Positions 1-9,664 of a stretch of 64,000 nucleotides of DNA are shown here, piece by piece (within the stretch, counting starts at the first letter, position 1; the number at the start of each line of letters is the position of its first letter). The position numbers were made by a program, and so were the translations under genes. The DNA is from Centroscyllium fabricii (lineage: Eukaryota). The notes beneath the pieces were generated by a model. The model was not told where the DNA came from, ran no database searches, and was given only the letters and a program-made list of their open reading frames with translations. The stretch is from assembly GCA_051313645.2 (NCBI GenBank), contig JBNRSN020000022.1, positions 27,156,001 through 27,220,000 on the forward strand. The letters are read 5' to 3'.

Positions 1-984
1 TAAAGTGACTGACTAATCTGTTTCAGGAGGTCATTTTAGATACCTATAGTGCTGGACGCAGGCCTGTCGAATAATTATGCTCCATGAGCGATATCTCAGC
101 ATGCTTCACGTACAGAGCTAGATCTGGTGTTACGCAATGTAGGGTCATCACTGATAATCTAGAATTCTCCAGTAATCAATTGCAGGTTATTACTCAATAA
201 ACCTACAGCAATTATACTGCAGTTGTTTATCCTGTTACATAATTTTCATTGTGCTTCTGAAATTAAAACAGACCAAAAACAGAACAAGACTCCCACGCAT
301 ATTAAATTGAAATATTGTAACCAATAACTGACTTCAGGAATGCATTTCATTACGCTGTGATGAACTGTTAGCAGGATCCAGTAATTGCATCGTGTCTACC
401 TAATAAGCATCGTCCCAAACTACACATTCCTTTTCTGATGTTTCCACTTCAGCTTCAGCAATATCCTTAAGCTTGCACAACCAGTGCTCACAAGCTCCAA
501 CTCGCTCTCATTACTGAACGGCTACATTACAATCTCAGTTCTCTGAGCTCTCAGTTCTTTGCTTATATATAATTAATTAAAATGCTAAGATATTTTGTTT
601 CAGATATACTATACAGTGCCCTCAGTGAATAAAAATGACACCCAGTGTAAGATTGAGCCGAAAATAGCAGACAGTCCCGCATTCAAATCCCGGTTTGTAC
701 TGAGTTACCCGATCACAGCCAGGTTGCCCCGGCCTTATTGCTATTCCGTGAGGCCTGCCTGAAGTAGACAGGTTTGACCGATGGGTGATGCCCCTGTGGT
801 AAACTAGCCTGCCGGCACTCGCTGTCCTGGGTCACACAGGAGGGATGGCTGCATGATGTATACGCATCAAGAATGTACAAGAAATGGAGATAAAAGCACC
901 GCAAGGCCCTAGGCCATGCAACCCGTGAGGGCCGCTGAACCATGGCACTGTGAGCCCAAATCTTTGTTATGTTATTAAAATAAT

Positions 985-1606
985 AACCTCCTATCATTTT
1001 TTTCCAGCCCTCTAAGAAATCTGCATTCCTCCAACTCAGGCCTGTTGTACATTGCCTACTTCTGGGCGGCACGGTGGCATAGTGGTTAGCACTGTTGCCT
1101 TACAGCACTAGAGACCCGGGTTCAAATCCAGCCTCGGGTACTATCTGTGTGGAGTTTGCACATTCTCCCCGTGTCTGCGTGGGTTTCCTCCGGGTGCTCC
1201 GGTTTCCTCCCACAGTCCAAAGATGTGCGGGTTAGGTTGATTGGCCATGATAAATTGATCCTTAGTGTTAGGGGGATTGAATATGTGGGGTTACGGGGAT
1301 AGGGTGGGATATGTGTCGGTGCAGGCTCGATAGGGATCGAGGGATATGGGGACAAGGCAGGGACAGGGTACTGGGTTTGGATGATCAGCCATGATCTCAT
1401 TGAATGGCGGAGCAGGCTTGAAGGGCTGAATGGCCTACTCCTGCTCCTATCTTCTATGGTTCTATGTTTCCAAACCTCTCCGCCTCTCTCGTCCTTTAAG
1501 ATGCTCCTTAAAACAAACCTGTTTAACCAAGCTTTTGGTCACCTGTCCTCAAGTCTCCTTTTTTGGCTCAGTGTCAATTTTTATCATCTGATAACACTCC
1601 TGTGAA
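985..1606 (+). mobile_element. L2-type LINE 3' fragment, split by a SINE
   Basis: ccagccc...ctccaactcaggcc and aaacctctccgcctctct...accaagcttttggtcacctgtcc...ataacactcctgtgaag resemble fish/shark L2 3' ends; boundaries approximate. Confidence 0.6.
1064..1470 (+). mobile_element. tRNA-derived V-SINE (HE1-like)
   Basis: tRNA-like head with A/B boxes (tggcatagtgg, ggttcaaatcc), V-domain (gtctgcgtgggtttcctccgggtgctccggtttcctccc), CR1-type tail (ttctatg)n; near-identical to the copy at 47672. Confidence 0.9.
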
Positions 1607-1918
1607 GGGAGGAGTTTGACAAAAGTGTGTTAAGCTATCGTACGGTAACAGCAGTTTCTACCTAATGGAGTCATACAGAACAGACGGTCCCCAATTCAAA
1701 TCCCAAACAGCAATTGGGACTTCATAAAAATGTGGAAGGTTTGGGATATTGAGACAGACAGAACACGCCCTCTCCCCCGGAAGTAGCAGTCAGGAGCGTG
1801 GCTGATTCCCCACTACCCACTAGCTGAGGTTACCTTTATCATTCCCAATGCAGTCCTTGCTAACCAGTGCCCCAGCCCACCTAACCGACCCTAATTCCAT
1901 CAGTAGAGATTCTCTTAC

Positions 1919-2079
1919 TTTTTGTACAGTAGGATGGCTATTACAATGCAGATGATGAAGACCACTGCCAGCACTGGGCCTACCACCCAGATCAGACCCT
2001 CTTCTCCATCGATAATGGGCTGTGGGTCAGGGTCCGCTGAAAGGATTGGGTCAGAGTATGGACTTGCTGCAAACATTTT
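1919..2079 (-). CDS. PTPRS: PTPRS transmembrane exon ([53 protein letters not shown])
   Basis: cag acceptor and gtaag donor; 161 nt, phase 0-2; [13 protein letters not shown] and the YK-AA(N) ending favour PTPRS over PTPRD or PTPRF. Confidence 0.95.
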
Positions 2080-2359
2080 CTGTAATGACAATTATAGAAC
2101 ATGGCAGTCAAAGAATTCATGCACGCACTCTCTCATTGACTGCTTTATGAAAAAAAAATGATTGAAAGATTTTCATAGAAGTCAAAATAAATCAAAGCAG
2201 TGAGAAATAGAACAGGACACCTCAGGAATAATTCCCAAATACTGACAACAGCCGCAATTCTAAAACATTCAGCCATGGCAACAAGAGAACGTAATTGACA
2301 GGCGGAATTGCAGTCGGTGATGTTCCTGCATGATTGTTTAACACACTCTCATTAAACTC

Positions 2360-2543
2360 CTCTGCTTATCTGATCATTATCACATTGCTGTGTGTGGGAG
2401 CTTGCTGTGCGCAAATTGGCTGCTGCGTTTCCTACATTACAACAGTGACCCCACTTCAAAAGTACTTCACTGGCTATAAAGCGGTTTGAGATGCCCGGTG
2501 GTCGTGAAAGGCGCTATATAAATGCAAGTCCTTCTTTTCTTTT
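2360..2543 (+). mobile_element. DeuSINE (SacSINE1-like) 3' half
   Basis: cattgctgtgtgtgggagcttgctgtgcgcaaattggctgc core and aaggcgctatataaatgcaagtc tail; same family as 52240-52625. Confidence 0.8.
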
Positions 2544-2719
2544 GCTACTGTAATAGTGCTTGTAACACTTTTAAGGGAGGAGTTTGACAAAAGTGTGTTA
2601 AGCTATCGTACGGTAACAGCAGTTTCTACCTAATGGAGTCTAATAGACGGGACAGGTGGGAAACGACTTATTGATCTTTCACAGGGATCCAGCACAAAGA
2701 GATATCATAATCATAGAAT

Positions 2720-5700
2720 TGTTGGGTTTTGTTGGCGGGCGAAAGAACTCCTGAGACAGGTAACGGTAAAACGACTTTCTTTATTGAGTTGAGCTACAGA
2801 GTGTGCGCTTTCGCGCCCTTTTGCTTGAATATGTAGCGCTGGCTACGTCATTACGTATTAAGGCAATGACGTATGCACGTCTGCGCGTCGGGCGCGTTGT
2901 GCGCATGCGCGGGGCGTCTTTGCGTCGGCACTGGCCTCGCGAGAGTAGCGTGCCTCGGGCCAGTGCCTTCAGGGTCCATGAGTCCGGACGATTCGTCCGT
3001 AAGTCCGTGGCAAACCGCCACATAGCTCCCCCCAGAATCCGTTTAGGAGGAATGGACGAGTCGTTGCGGCGGTCTGATAAGTCGGCCGGATCGGCTCTTG
3101 ATTGGAGACAGCTGGCGAGTTGTGGTCGGGCGAGCTGGCTGGCCGGCAGGTCGACCGCGTGGCGGTGGGTGGGCAACTAGTGTGGTTTCGCCGGGCTCAG
3201 TGTGCGCCGGCTTGAGTCTGTCAATCGACACAGTTTCGGTTCTGTTGCCCACCTGCAGTTTGAAAAATTTGTCACCCGCTTGAAGCACCTTGTAGGGCCC
3301 GTCGTATGGCGGCTGCAGAGGCCCGCGGTGTGCGTCGTGACGGACGAAGACGAACTGCGCCTGGTGTAGTTTAGGTGGAATCTGTGCAGTTGTTTCACCA
3401 TGCCGGGCCACGGGTACCGGTGTGAACTGTTGCGCCGAAGTGGTGAAGTCGAGGCGTTGCTGGTTGGCTGACCAGGGTGTCGTAGCGGCGGCCAGGAACT
3501 CGCCGGGTATGCGCAGTGGTTGTCCGTAGACTAACTCCGCTGCCGATGCGTGGAGGTCTTCTTTGACCGCAGATCGGAGGCCGAGTAAAACCCATGGGAG
3601 GCGGTCAGTCCAGGAGTTGTCTGTGAGGCTGGCCCGTAGAGAAGCTTTCATGGATCTGTGGAAGCGTTCACACAGACCGTTGGCTTGTGGGTGGTACGCC
3701 GTTGTGTGGTGCAAGTTCACCCCCAGGCTCTTAGCGACGGCAGTCCATAATGCTGAGGTGAACTGGGGCCCTCTGTCGGACGTGATGTCGGAAGGCACGC
3801 CGAACCGGGCGACCCATGTGGCGATGAAGGCTCTAGCGACGTCCGCAGTGGTGGTGGAAGACAGCGGTATTGCTTCGGGCCATCGAGTGGTGCGGTCCAC
3901 GATAGTGAGCAAGTGGGTGTTGCCTTGTGAAGGTGGCAGGGGTCCCACGATATCCACGTGGATGTGGTCAAACCTTCGTGCGGGGACGTCGATCTGTCCG
4001 AGGGGTGCTTTCGTGTGTTGGTGCACCTTTGCTCGTTGGCAAGCCACGCAGGAGTTGGCCCAAGTACGCACATCTTTACTAAGGCCGCGCCAGATAAAGC
4101 GGCTGGTTACCAATTTGATGGATGCGCGGGCGCCGGGGTGGGAGAGGTTGTGGAGCGTGTCGAATATGCGCCTGCGCCACGATGCTGGGACGACTGGCCG
4201 GGGTTGCGGCAGGGTAATGTCGCACGTGACGTTAGTGTCGGCGGGGCCGCAGGCGACGGTGGCCAAGCGCAGGCTGGGTAGGGTGGTGGGCGCGGAGAGC
4301 AGGTCCGGGTCTGTGACCTGGTCCGCTGCGAGTTTGACGTAGTCAACTGCCAGGTGAGTGGCGTTGATAGTTGCGTGGGAGAGACAGTCGGCAACCACGT
4401 TGTCGCGTCCGGCGATGTGGCGGATGTCAGTGGTGAATTCGGACATGGCCGCGAGCTGGCGCTGCTGTCTGGCGGACCAGGGCTCGGTTGGCTTTGCCAT
4501 CACGAATGTCAGGGGTTTATGGTCAACAAACGCGGTGAAGACGCGACCCTCCAGCAGAAACCGAAAATGACGGACCGCTAGGTACAGGGCGAGGAGCTCG
4601 CGGTCGAAGGCGCTGTACTTCACCTCCGGGGGACGCAGCTGGCGGCTGAAGAAGGCGAGGGGTTGCCAGGCGCCGTCGACCCACTGCTCGTACACGGCAC
4701 CTACCGCGTAGTCGGAGGCGTCAGTGGTGAGTGCCACCTTGGCGTTGGGCCGTGGGTGTGCGAGCATGGTGGCGCCGGCGAGTGCCGACTTGGTGGAGTC
4801 GAAGGCGGCGGAGGTTTGCGCCGTCCATTCGACCGCGTCTTTACCGCTCTTCCCGCGGAGGGCTTGGTAGAGGGGGCCCATGAGGGATGCCGCTTTAGGG
4901 ATAAAGCGGTTGTAAAAATTCACCATCCCGAGGAACTCTTGGAGGCCCCGGACGGTGGTGGGCCGGGGGAATTGCTGGACGGCCTGCACCTTGTTGGGCA
5001 GGGGAATGGCCCCGGCCTGTGTTATGCGGTGGCCGAGGAAATCGATCTGGTCGAGACCGAACTGGCACTTGGCGGGGCTGAGGATGAGGCCGTGTTCGCT
5101 GAGACGCGTGAACAGGGCCCTGAGGTGTTCGAGGTGTTCCCGCTTGGAGGAACTGGCTACCAGGATGTCGTCTAGATAGACGAACAGGAACTTCAGGTCC
5201 CGTAGGACCGAGTCCATGAGCCGCTGGAACGCCTGCGCGGCATTTTTGAGGCCGAAGGGCATCCGCAAGAACTTGAACAGCCCAAAGGGAGTGATGACTG
5301 CGGTCTTGGGGATGTCGTCGGCGCGGACGGGGACTTGGTGGTAGCCGCGCACCAGGTCGACTTTGGAGAAGACTGAGCACTTGGCCAGTCTAGCCGAAAA
5401 GTCCTGGATGTGCGGTACTGGGTACCGATCAGGCGTGGTGGCATCATTGAGGCGACGGTAATCCCCGCAGGGGCGCCAGCCCCCGTCGGGCTTGGGGGCG
5501 ATGTGGAGCGGTGAGGCCCACGGGCTGTTGGAGCGGCGGATGATGCCGAGCTGCTCCATGGTGGCAAACTCGTTCCGCGCGATCTCCAACTTGGCCGGGT
5601 CTAACCTGCGGGCGTGGGCGTGCACCGGTGGGCCGGTGGTGGGGATAAAGTGATCTACCCCGTGCTTGGCTACCCTAGCGGTGAAGGTCGGGTTGGTGAG

Positions 5701-7189
5701 GGCTGGGAATGCGGCCAGGAGCGTCGAGTAAGCGTCTGTTGGACGGGCGTGGCACTGTATGGTCAAATTGGCGGGCTGGGCTGGGGTCGTGGCGCCTGGA
5801 ATGGTTGTCATGGAGTTGATGTCCACGAGGTGGCGCCGGGGCATGTCGACCAGCAGGCCGTGGGCGCAAAGGAAGTCTGCGCCGATGATTGGCGAGAGTA
5901 TCTTGGCGGTGAGAAACTCCCACGTGTAACAGCGCCCTGCGAGATGGAGTTGGACCGTGCGGTTGCCGTACGTCGGGATGTCGGACCCGTTGGCCGCGGC
6001 GAGCGCCGGGCCCCGCGTGCCTGCTTTGATTTCGAGGGTGGAGGCGGGCACAATGCTATGCTGGGCCCCGGTGTCGCAGAGAAAACGGTGTCCGGTTTTG
6101 TCATCCGTGACATACAGGAGGCAACCAGCATGTCCTACGGACATGGTGGGGGCTGGTGTAAGTGCAGGCTTAAAGGTGCAAGGTTGTGCGCACCGTTGTG
6201 CCCTGGCGCCGAACCGGGCGTGGTAGTAGCAGTACCCTGGCTTAGGCGGGTCTGGGGGACGTGGCGGTCGTGTGGGCCTGGGGGCTGGTCCTGGCGGCCG
6301 CGTGGTGGGAGCGGCTGGACGCGCCATGGCGGCGGCTGCCAAATCCGCGGTGTCGTGGCCCTGTTGCCCGGCCATCAGCCTGTCGGCCAGGCTGGCTAGG
6401 TCTGCCAGGCTCCGGAGGTCGGACGCGACGATGGTGGGGCGGATGCTGGAAGGAAGCTGGTGAATGAAGAGCGTGCGGAAGAGGGATCCCGGGGGATTCT
6501 CGTCCGTGAGCGAGAGCATGTGGGAGAGGAGGCGCGATGGTGAAGCGTCACCGAGGCCCTGGAGGGCAAGGAGCTGGCTGCAGCGCTGGTACTGGGAATC
6601 GGTGAACCGTTTAAGAAGCGCGGCCTTCAGATGTGCGTACTTGCCCTGTTGAGGTGGATTCTGCAGCTCTGCCCAGACTTCCGTCACCGTGGAGCTCCCC
6701 AGCGAAGTGACGAGGTAGTCGTACCGCACTTCTTCTTTGTTGACCCGGTGTAGTCTGAACCGGGATTCTGCTTGAGCAAACCAGGCTTCGGGCTGATTTA
6801 TCCAGAACTCAGGTAGCCGGACCGCGGCTATGCTTGCGTCCGCCATCGTTGAGTTCGAAATACGTTTCGAACGTCGAGGTCACCAATGTTGGGTTTTGTT
6901 GGCGGGCGAAAGAACTCCTGAGACAGGTAATGGTAAAACGACTTTCTTTATTGAGTTGAGCTACAGAGTGTGCGCTTTCGCGCCCTTTTGCTTGAATATG
7001 TAGCGCTGGCTACGTCATTACGTATTAAGGCAATGACGTATGCACGTCTGCGCGTCGGGCGCGTTGTGCGCATGCGCGGGGCATCTTTGCGTCGGCACTG
7101 GCCTCGCGAGAGTAGCGCGCCTTGGGCCAGTGCCTTCAGGGTCCATGAGTCCGGACGATTCGTCCGTAAGCCCGTGGCAAACCGCCACA
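2720..7189 (-). mobile_element. Full-length Ty3/Gypsy LTR retrotransposon, CsRN1-like clade
   Basis: 303-bp TG...CA LTRs at 2720-3022 and 6887-7189 (5 mismatches); 4-bp TSD GAAT; tRNA-Trp PBS TGGTGACCTCGACGT at 6871-6885; PPT at 3023-3037. Confidence 0.97.
3043..6846 (-). CDS. Gypsy gag-pol polyprotein, 1267 aa, uninterrupted
   Basis: CHCC gag knuckle CYYHARFG..C...C, protease LCDTGA, RT YLDD, RNase H TDAS, integrase HHCC/DDE and GPY/F (YDGPY). Confidence 0.97.
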   Translation of the reverse strand: MADASIAAVRLPEFWINQPEAWFAQAESRFRLHRVNKEEVRYDYLVTSLGSSTVTEVWAELQNPPQQGKYAHLKAALLKRFTDSQYQRCSQLLALQGLGDASPSRLLSHMLSLTDENPPGSLFRTLFIHQLPSSIRPTIVASDLRSLADLASLADRLMAGQQGHDTADLAAAAMARPAAPTTRPPGPAPRPTRPPRPPDPPKPGYCYYHARFGARAQRCAQPCTFKPALTPAPTMSVGHAGCLLYVTDDKTGHRFLCDTGAQHSIVPASTLEIKAGTRGPALAAANGSDIPTYGNRTVQLHLAGRCYTWEFLTAKILSPIIGADFLCAHGLLVDMPRRHLVDINSMTTIPGATTPAQPANLTIQCHARPTDAYSTLLAAFPALTNPTFTARVAKHGVDHFIPTTGPPVHAHARRLDPAKLEIARNEFATMEQLGIIRRSNSPWASPLHIAPKPDGGWRPCGDYRRLNDATTPDRYPVPHIQDFSARLAKCSVFSKVDLVRGYHQVPVRADDIPKTAVITPFGLFKFLRMPFGLKNAAQAFQRLMDSVLRDLKFLFVYLDDILVASSSKREHLEHLRALFTRLSEHGLILSPAKCQFGLDQIDFLGHRITQAGAIPLPNKVQAVQQFPRPTTVRGLQEFLGMVNFYNRFIPKAASLMGPLYQALRGKSGKDAVEWTAQTSAAFDSTKSALAGATMLAHPRPNAKVALTTDASDYAVGAVYEQWVDGAWQPLAFFSRQLRPPEVKYSAFDRELLALYLAVRHFRFLLEGRVFTAFVDHKPLTFVMAKPTEPWSARQQRQLAAMSEFTTDIRHIAGRDNVVADCLSHATINATHLAVDYVKLAADQVTDPDLLSAPTTLPSLRLATVACGPADTNVTCDITLPQPRPVVPASWRRRIFDTLHNLSHPGARASIKLVTSRFIWRGLSKDVRTWANSCVACQRAKVHQHTKAPLGQIDVPARRFDHIHVDIVGPLPPSQGNTHLLTIVDRTTRWPEAIPLSSTTTADVARAFIATWVARFGVPSDITSDRGPQFTSALWTAVAKSLGVNLHHTTAYHPQANGLCERFHRSMKASLRASLTDNSWTDRLPWVLLGLRSAVKEDLHASAAELVYGQPLRIPGEFLAAATTPWSANQQRLDFTTSAQQFTPVPVARHGETTAQIPPKLHQAQFVFVRHDAHRGPLQPPYDGPYKVLQAGDKFFKLQVGNRTETVSIDRLKPAHTEPGETTLVAHPPPRGRPAGQPARPTTTRQLSPIKSRSGRLIRPPQRLVHSS

Positions 7190-7193
7190 GAAT

Positions 7194-7600
7194 CATAGAA
7201 TCATAGACATTTACAGCACAGAAGGAGGCCATTCGGCCCATCATATCTGCACCGGCCGACAAAGAGCTATCCACCCTAATCCCATGTCCCAGCTCTTGGT
7301 CCATACCCCTGTAGGTTACGGCACTTCAAGTGCACATCCAAGCACATTTCAAAATGTGGTGAGGGTCTCTGCCTCTACCACCCTTACAGGCAGTGAGTTC
7401 CAGACCCCCACCGCCCTCTGGGTGAAGACATTTCCCCTCAAATCCCCTCTAAACCTTCCCCCAATCACTTTAAATCTATGTCCCCTTGTTGTTGACCCCC
7501 TTCTTGTAAGCTGCTGAAAAGTGAATTCTGGAGAAACTGCTTCACACAAAAAAGGTGGAGAGAGTGTGGAGCATAGATGCAGAATCAAGATGGATAATTA
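7194..7600 (-). mobile_element. CR1 LINE 3' end; the Gypsy inserted in its tail
   Basis: TRGHRFKV...VFTQRAVGVWNSLP ORF2 terminus; (CATAGAAT)n tail continues left of the Gypsy at 2705-2719. Confidence 0.85.
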
Positions 7601-7814
7601 ACTGGGAAGTAAGCCTATTAAGAGATATGGAGAAAAAGCAGCGAATTGAGATTACAAAGATGAAGAGCTACCAAAAGAGCATTGCAGGCCTGTTCCTATA
7701 ATAAGAGACACCAAAAGTAATTCGTAGATCCCTCTGCACCTAAGGCACAGGAAGAAATGTAGAATCCAATTAGGTTGGGTTTGGCCAAAATATATCTGGC
7801 TGCTCCTTAGATCA

Positions 7815-8905
7815 GACAAAGCTAGGGGCCATAAATATGAGATGGTCACTAATAAATCCAATAGGGAATTCAGGAGAAACTTCTTTACCCAGAGAGTGAT
7901 AATGTGGAACTTGCTATCACAAGAGGTAGTTGAGGTGAATAGCATAGATACATTTAAGGGGAAGCTGCATAAACACATGAGGGAGAAAGGAATAGACGGT
8001 TGTGCTGATAGTGTGTAGACTGCCCCAGCTATGTGAGGGTGTGGTCGACAATGCAAACCCAAAACCAAGCAGCCGGAGTCCGAAATTCAACAAGAAAAAG
8101 ATTTATTTTTGAGAAGGTGCGGGAAAGAGGTTGGGGAGAAAAGGCAACTCCGGTTCTTCCTGTCGGTGAGAGCTGTCGCCCTCTAGTTGGGGGGTGACGG
8201 AGACTTTAACAACCTCCCACTCTACATGCGCTTCACAGGTTTCAGTCTTTTATGCATTTCACAGATTCCAATCTTCTATGCATTTCACAGATTCCAGTCT
8301 TCTATAATATTCACAAGCTTCACTTCAAGAATTCCCTTTAAATCCTAGGTTTCTGGGCCAATGGCCGCTTACCGCCCAAGGAGTAGGAAAGGAGGCTCTG
8401 GTCCGGGGAGTGGTTCGGCACCCTCTCTGTAGCGAGGTCCAACGCACTCGCCCTTTTAGTCCTTGTGCTCTGTATATAACGGCTGCCAGAGTGATTAGTG
8501 TCAACTAGGGAGTGCGGCCCACCTGTGCTCGCATTCCCCATGCTGCCGCTGGCTGTTTGGTAATCAGGTCAACGCCATTCAGGTGTGCTGCCTGAGAATG
8601 GAAAATCCCCACTCTGCCTCTGTGCCACGGCCACCCCCATGGTGCTGAACCTGTCGAGGAGATGGCTTGGAAGGTATTGGTCTTCAATTACCTGTCCCAG
8701 GGGTCTGCGTCGCCGATATGGTCAGCCGCCGTGAAGGTTGTGGTGGGTTTCTAACTCGGTGGAGCACCGAGAGGGGATCGGGGCGCCACAAGTGATAGAT
8801 GAAGAGAGGTGGGAGGAGACTCGTGTGGAGCATAAACACCGGCACCGACCTGTTGGGCCGAATGGCCTGCTTCTGTGCTGTACATTCTATGTAATTCTAT
8901 GTAAC
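7815..8905 (+). mobile_element. CR1 3' fragment interrupted by a solo LTR
   Basis: RGHKY...FRRNFFTQRV..W-like sequence and (attctatgta)n tail, continuous across 8014-8790. Confidence 0.8.
8014..8790 (-). mobile_element. Solo LTR, 777 bp
   Basis: TGTAG...CCACA ends; 4-bp TSD AGTG; AATAAA (~8102) and TATA-like site (~8473) on the minus strand. Confidence 0.85.
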
Positions 8906-9237
8906 ACAGAATCTACCAGGTCAGACCAGAACCTGCCCTCGGTCATTACCGAGTTATCAATAATCAGCACGGATTATATTTTATCTGAAACCCTAGGGCA
9001 AGACTTTGCACAACAATCTCAAATGCCTGCATCATAGACTCTTTTTAAGACAAGCTCCTCAAACATTTGGCCACTTAAATAGGGACAAGAGACACAGCTT
9101 TCCTTGGATTCGGTCCTGTTGAACGCTATCCAACTGCGGTTAACTGGATAGGAGGGGCAGGTAGAGGATGACATCATTGAAGGTAGGAGATAATGGGAGA
9201 TGTTTGCTATAATCTGCATCAGAAGACTTTCACTCAC

Positions 9238-9453
9238 CGCTTCTGGGATGTCCAGGACGCCCAGGATGAAGAAGACATATTTGTTACCCTCCTCTAGCGG
9301 TTTATTTTCAAACCCTCCATAAAACTCCCGGTCACCAAGAATGAACTCTTGCGGGAGAACGTCAAAGCGGCCTGCTATATAGGGCTTGGAGTGGCCCAGT
9401 TGCCGGCGGGGACGGAGGCTTCTGCGCCGGCGCCGCGTCAGATCCTGCAGGAG
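9238..9453 (-). CDS. PTPRS: PTPRS exon with the furin-type cleavage site (LLQDLTRRRRRSLRPRRQLGHSKPYIAGRF...LDIPEA)
   Basis: ttccag acceptor and gtgagt donor; 216 nt, phase 0-0; RRSLR, PYIA and YGGF.N motifs as in PTPRS. Confidence 0.95.
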
Positions 9454-9664
9454 CTGGAATAGAAAAGAAAGAATTTATTTGGACCAGCAGTCTTTTTCCA
9501 GCAACATGCACTCAGCTCTCTTACCATACACGTTCAGGAGATGGTGGAGGAGGGAACGATTATGGAGGGTCAGGAGAGCGTGGAAATCTCAGTGGTGGAG
9601 AAGATTGTACAAACAGCAGCCAGTGCAACACAACAGGCTGGGAATCACAGGACAGTGAATGGCA

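Larger units (their letters stand above)
1605..2640. repeat. Perfect 68-bp direct repeat (1605-1672 and 2573-2640) flanking the TM exon
   Basis: aagggaggagtttgacaaaagtgtgttaagctatcgtacggtaacagcagtttctacctaatggagtc is identical at both positions. Confidence 0.95.

Noticed and set aside
1064-1140. tRNA gene
   Set aside because: It is the tRNA-derived head of a SINE, as at 24125 and 47672; the PBS matches are also not tRNA genes.
1-1918. Next PTPRS exon after the TM exon
   Set aside because: No matching exon with splice sites found; it probably lies beyond the window's left edge.
3563-6652. Antisense and alternative-frame ORFs over the Gypsy element
   Set aside because: Expected shadows of a GC-rich coding sequence; no recognisable domains.
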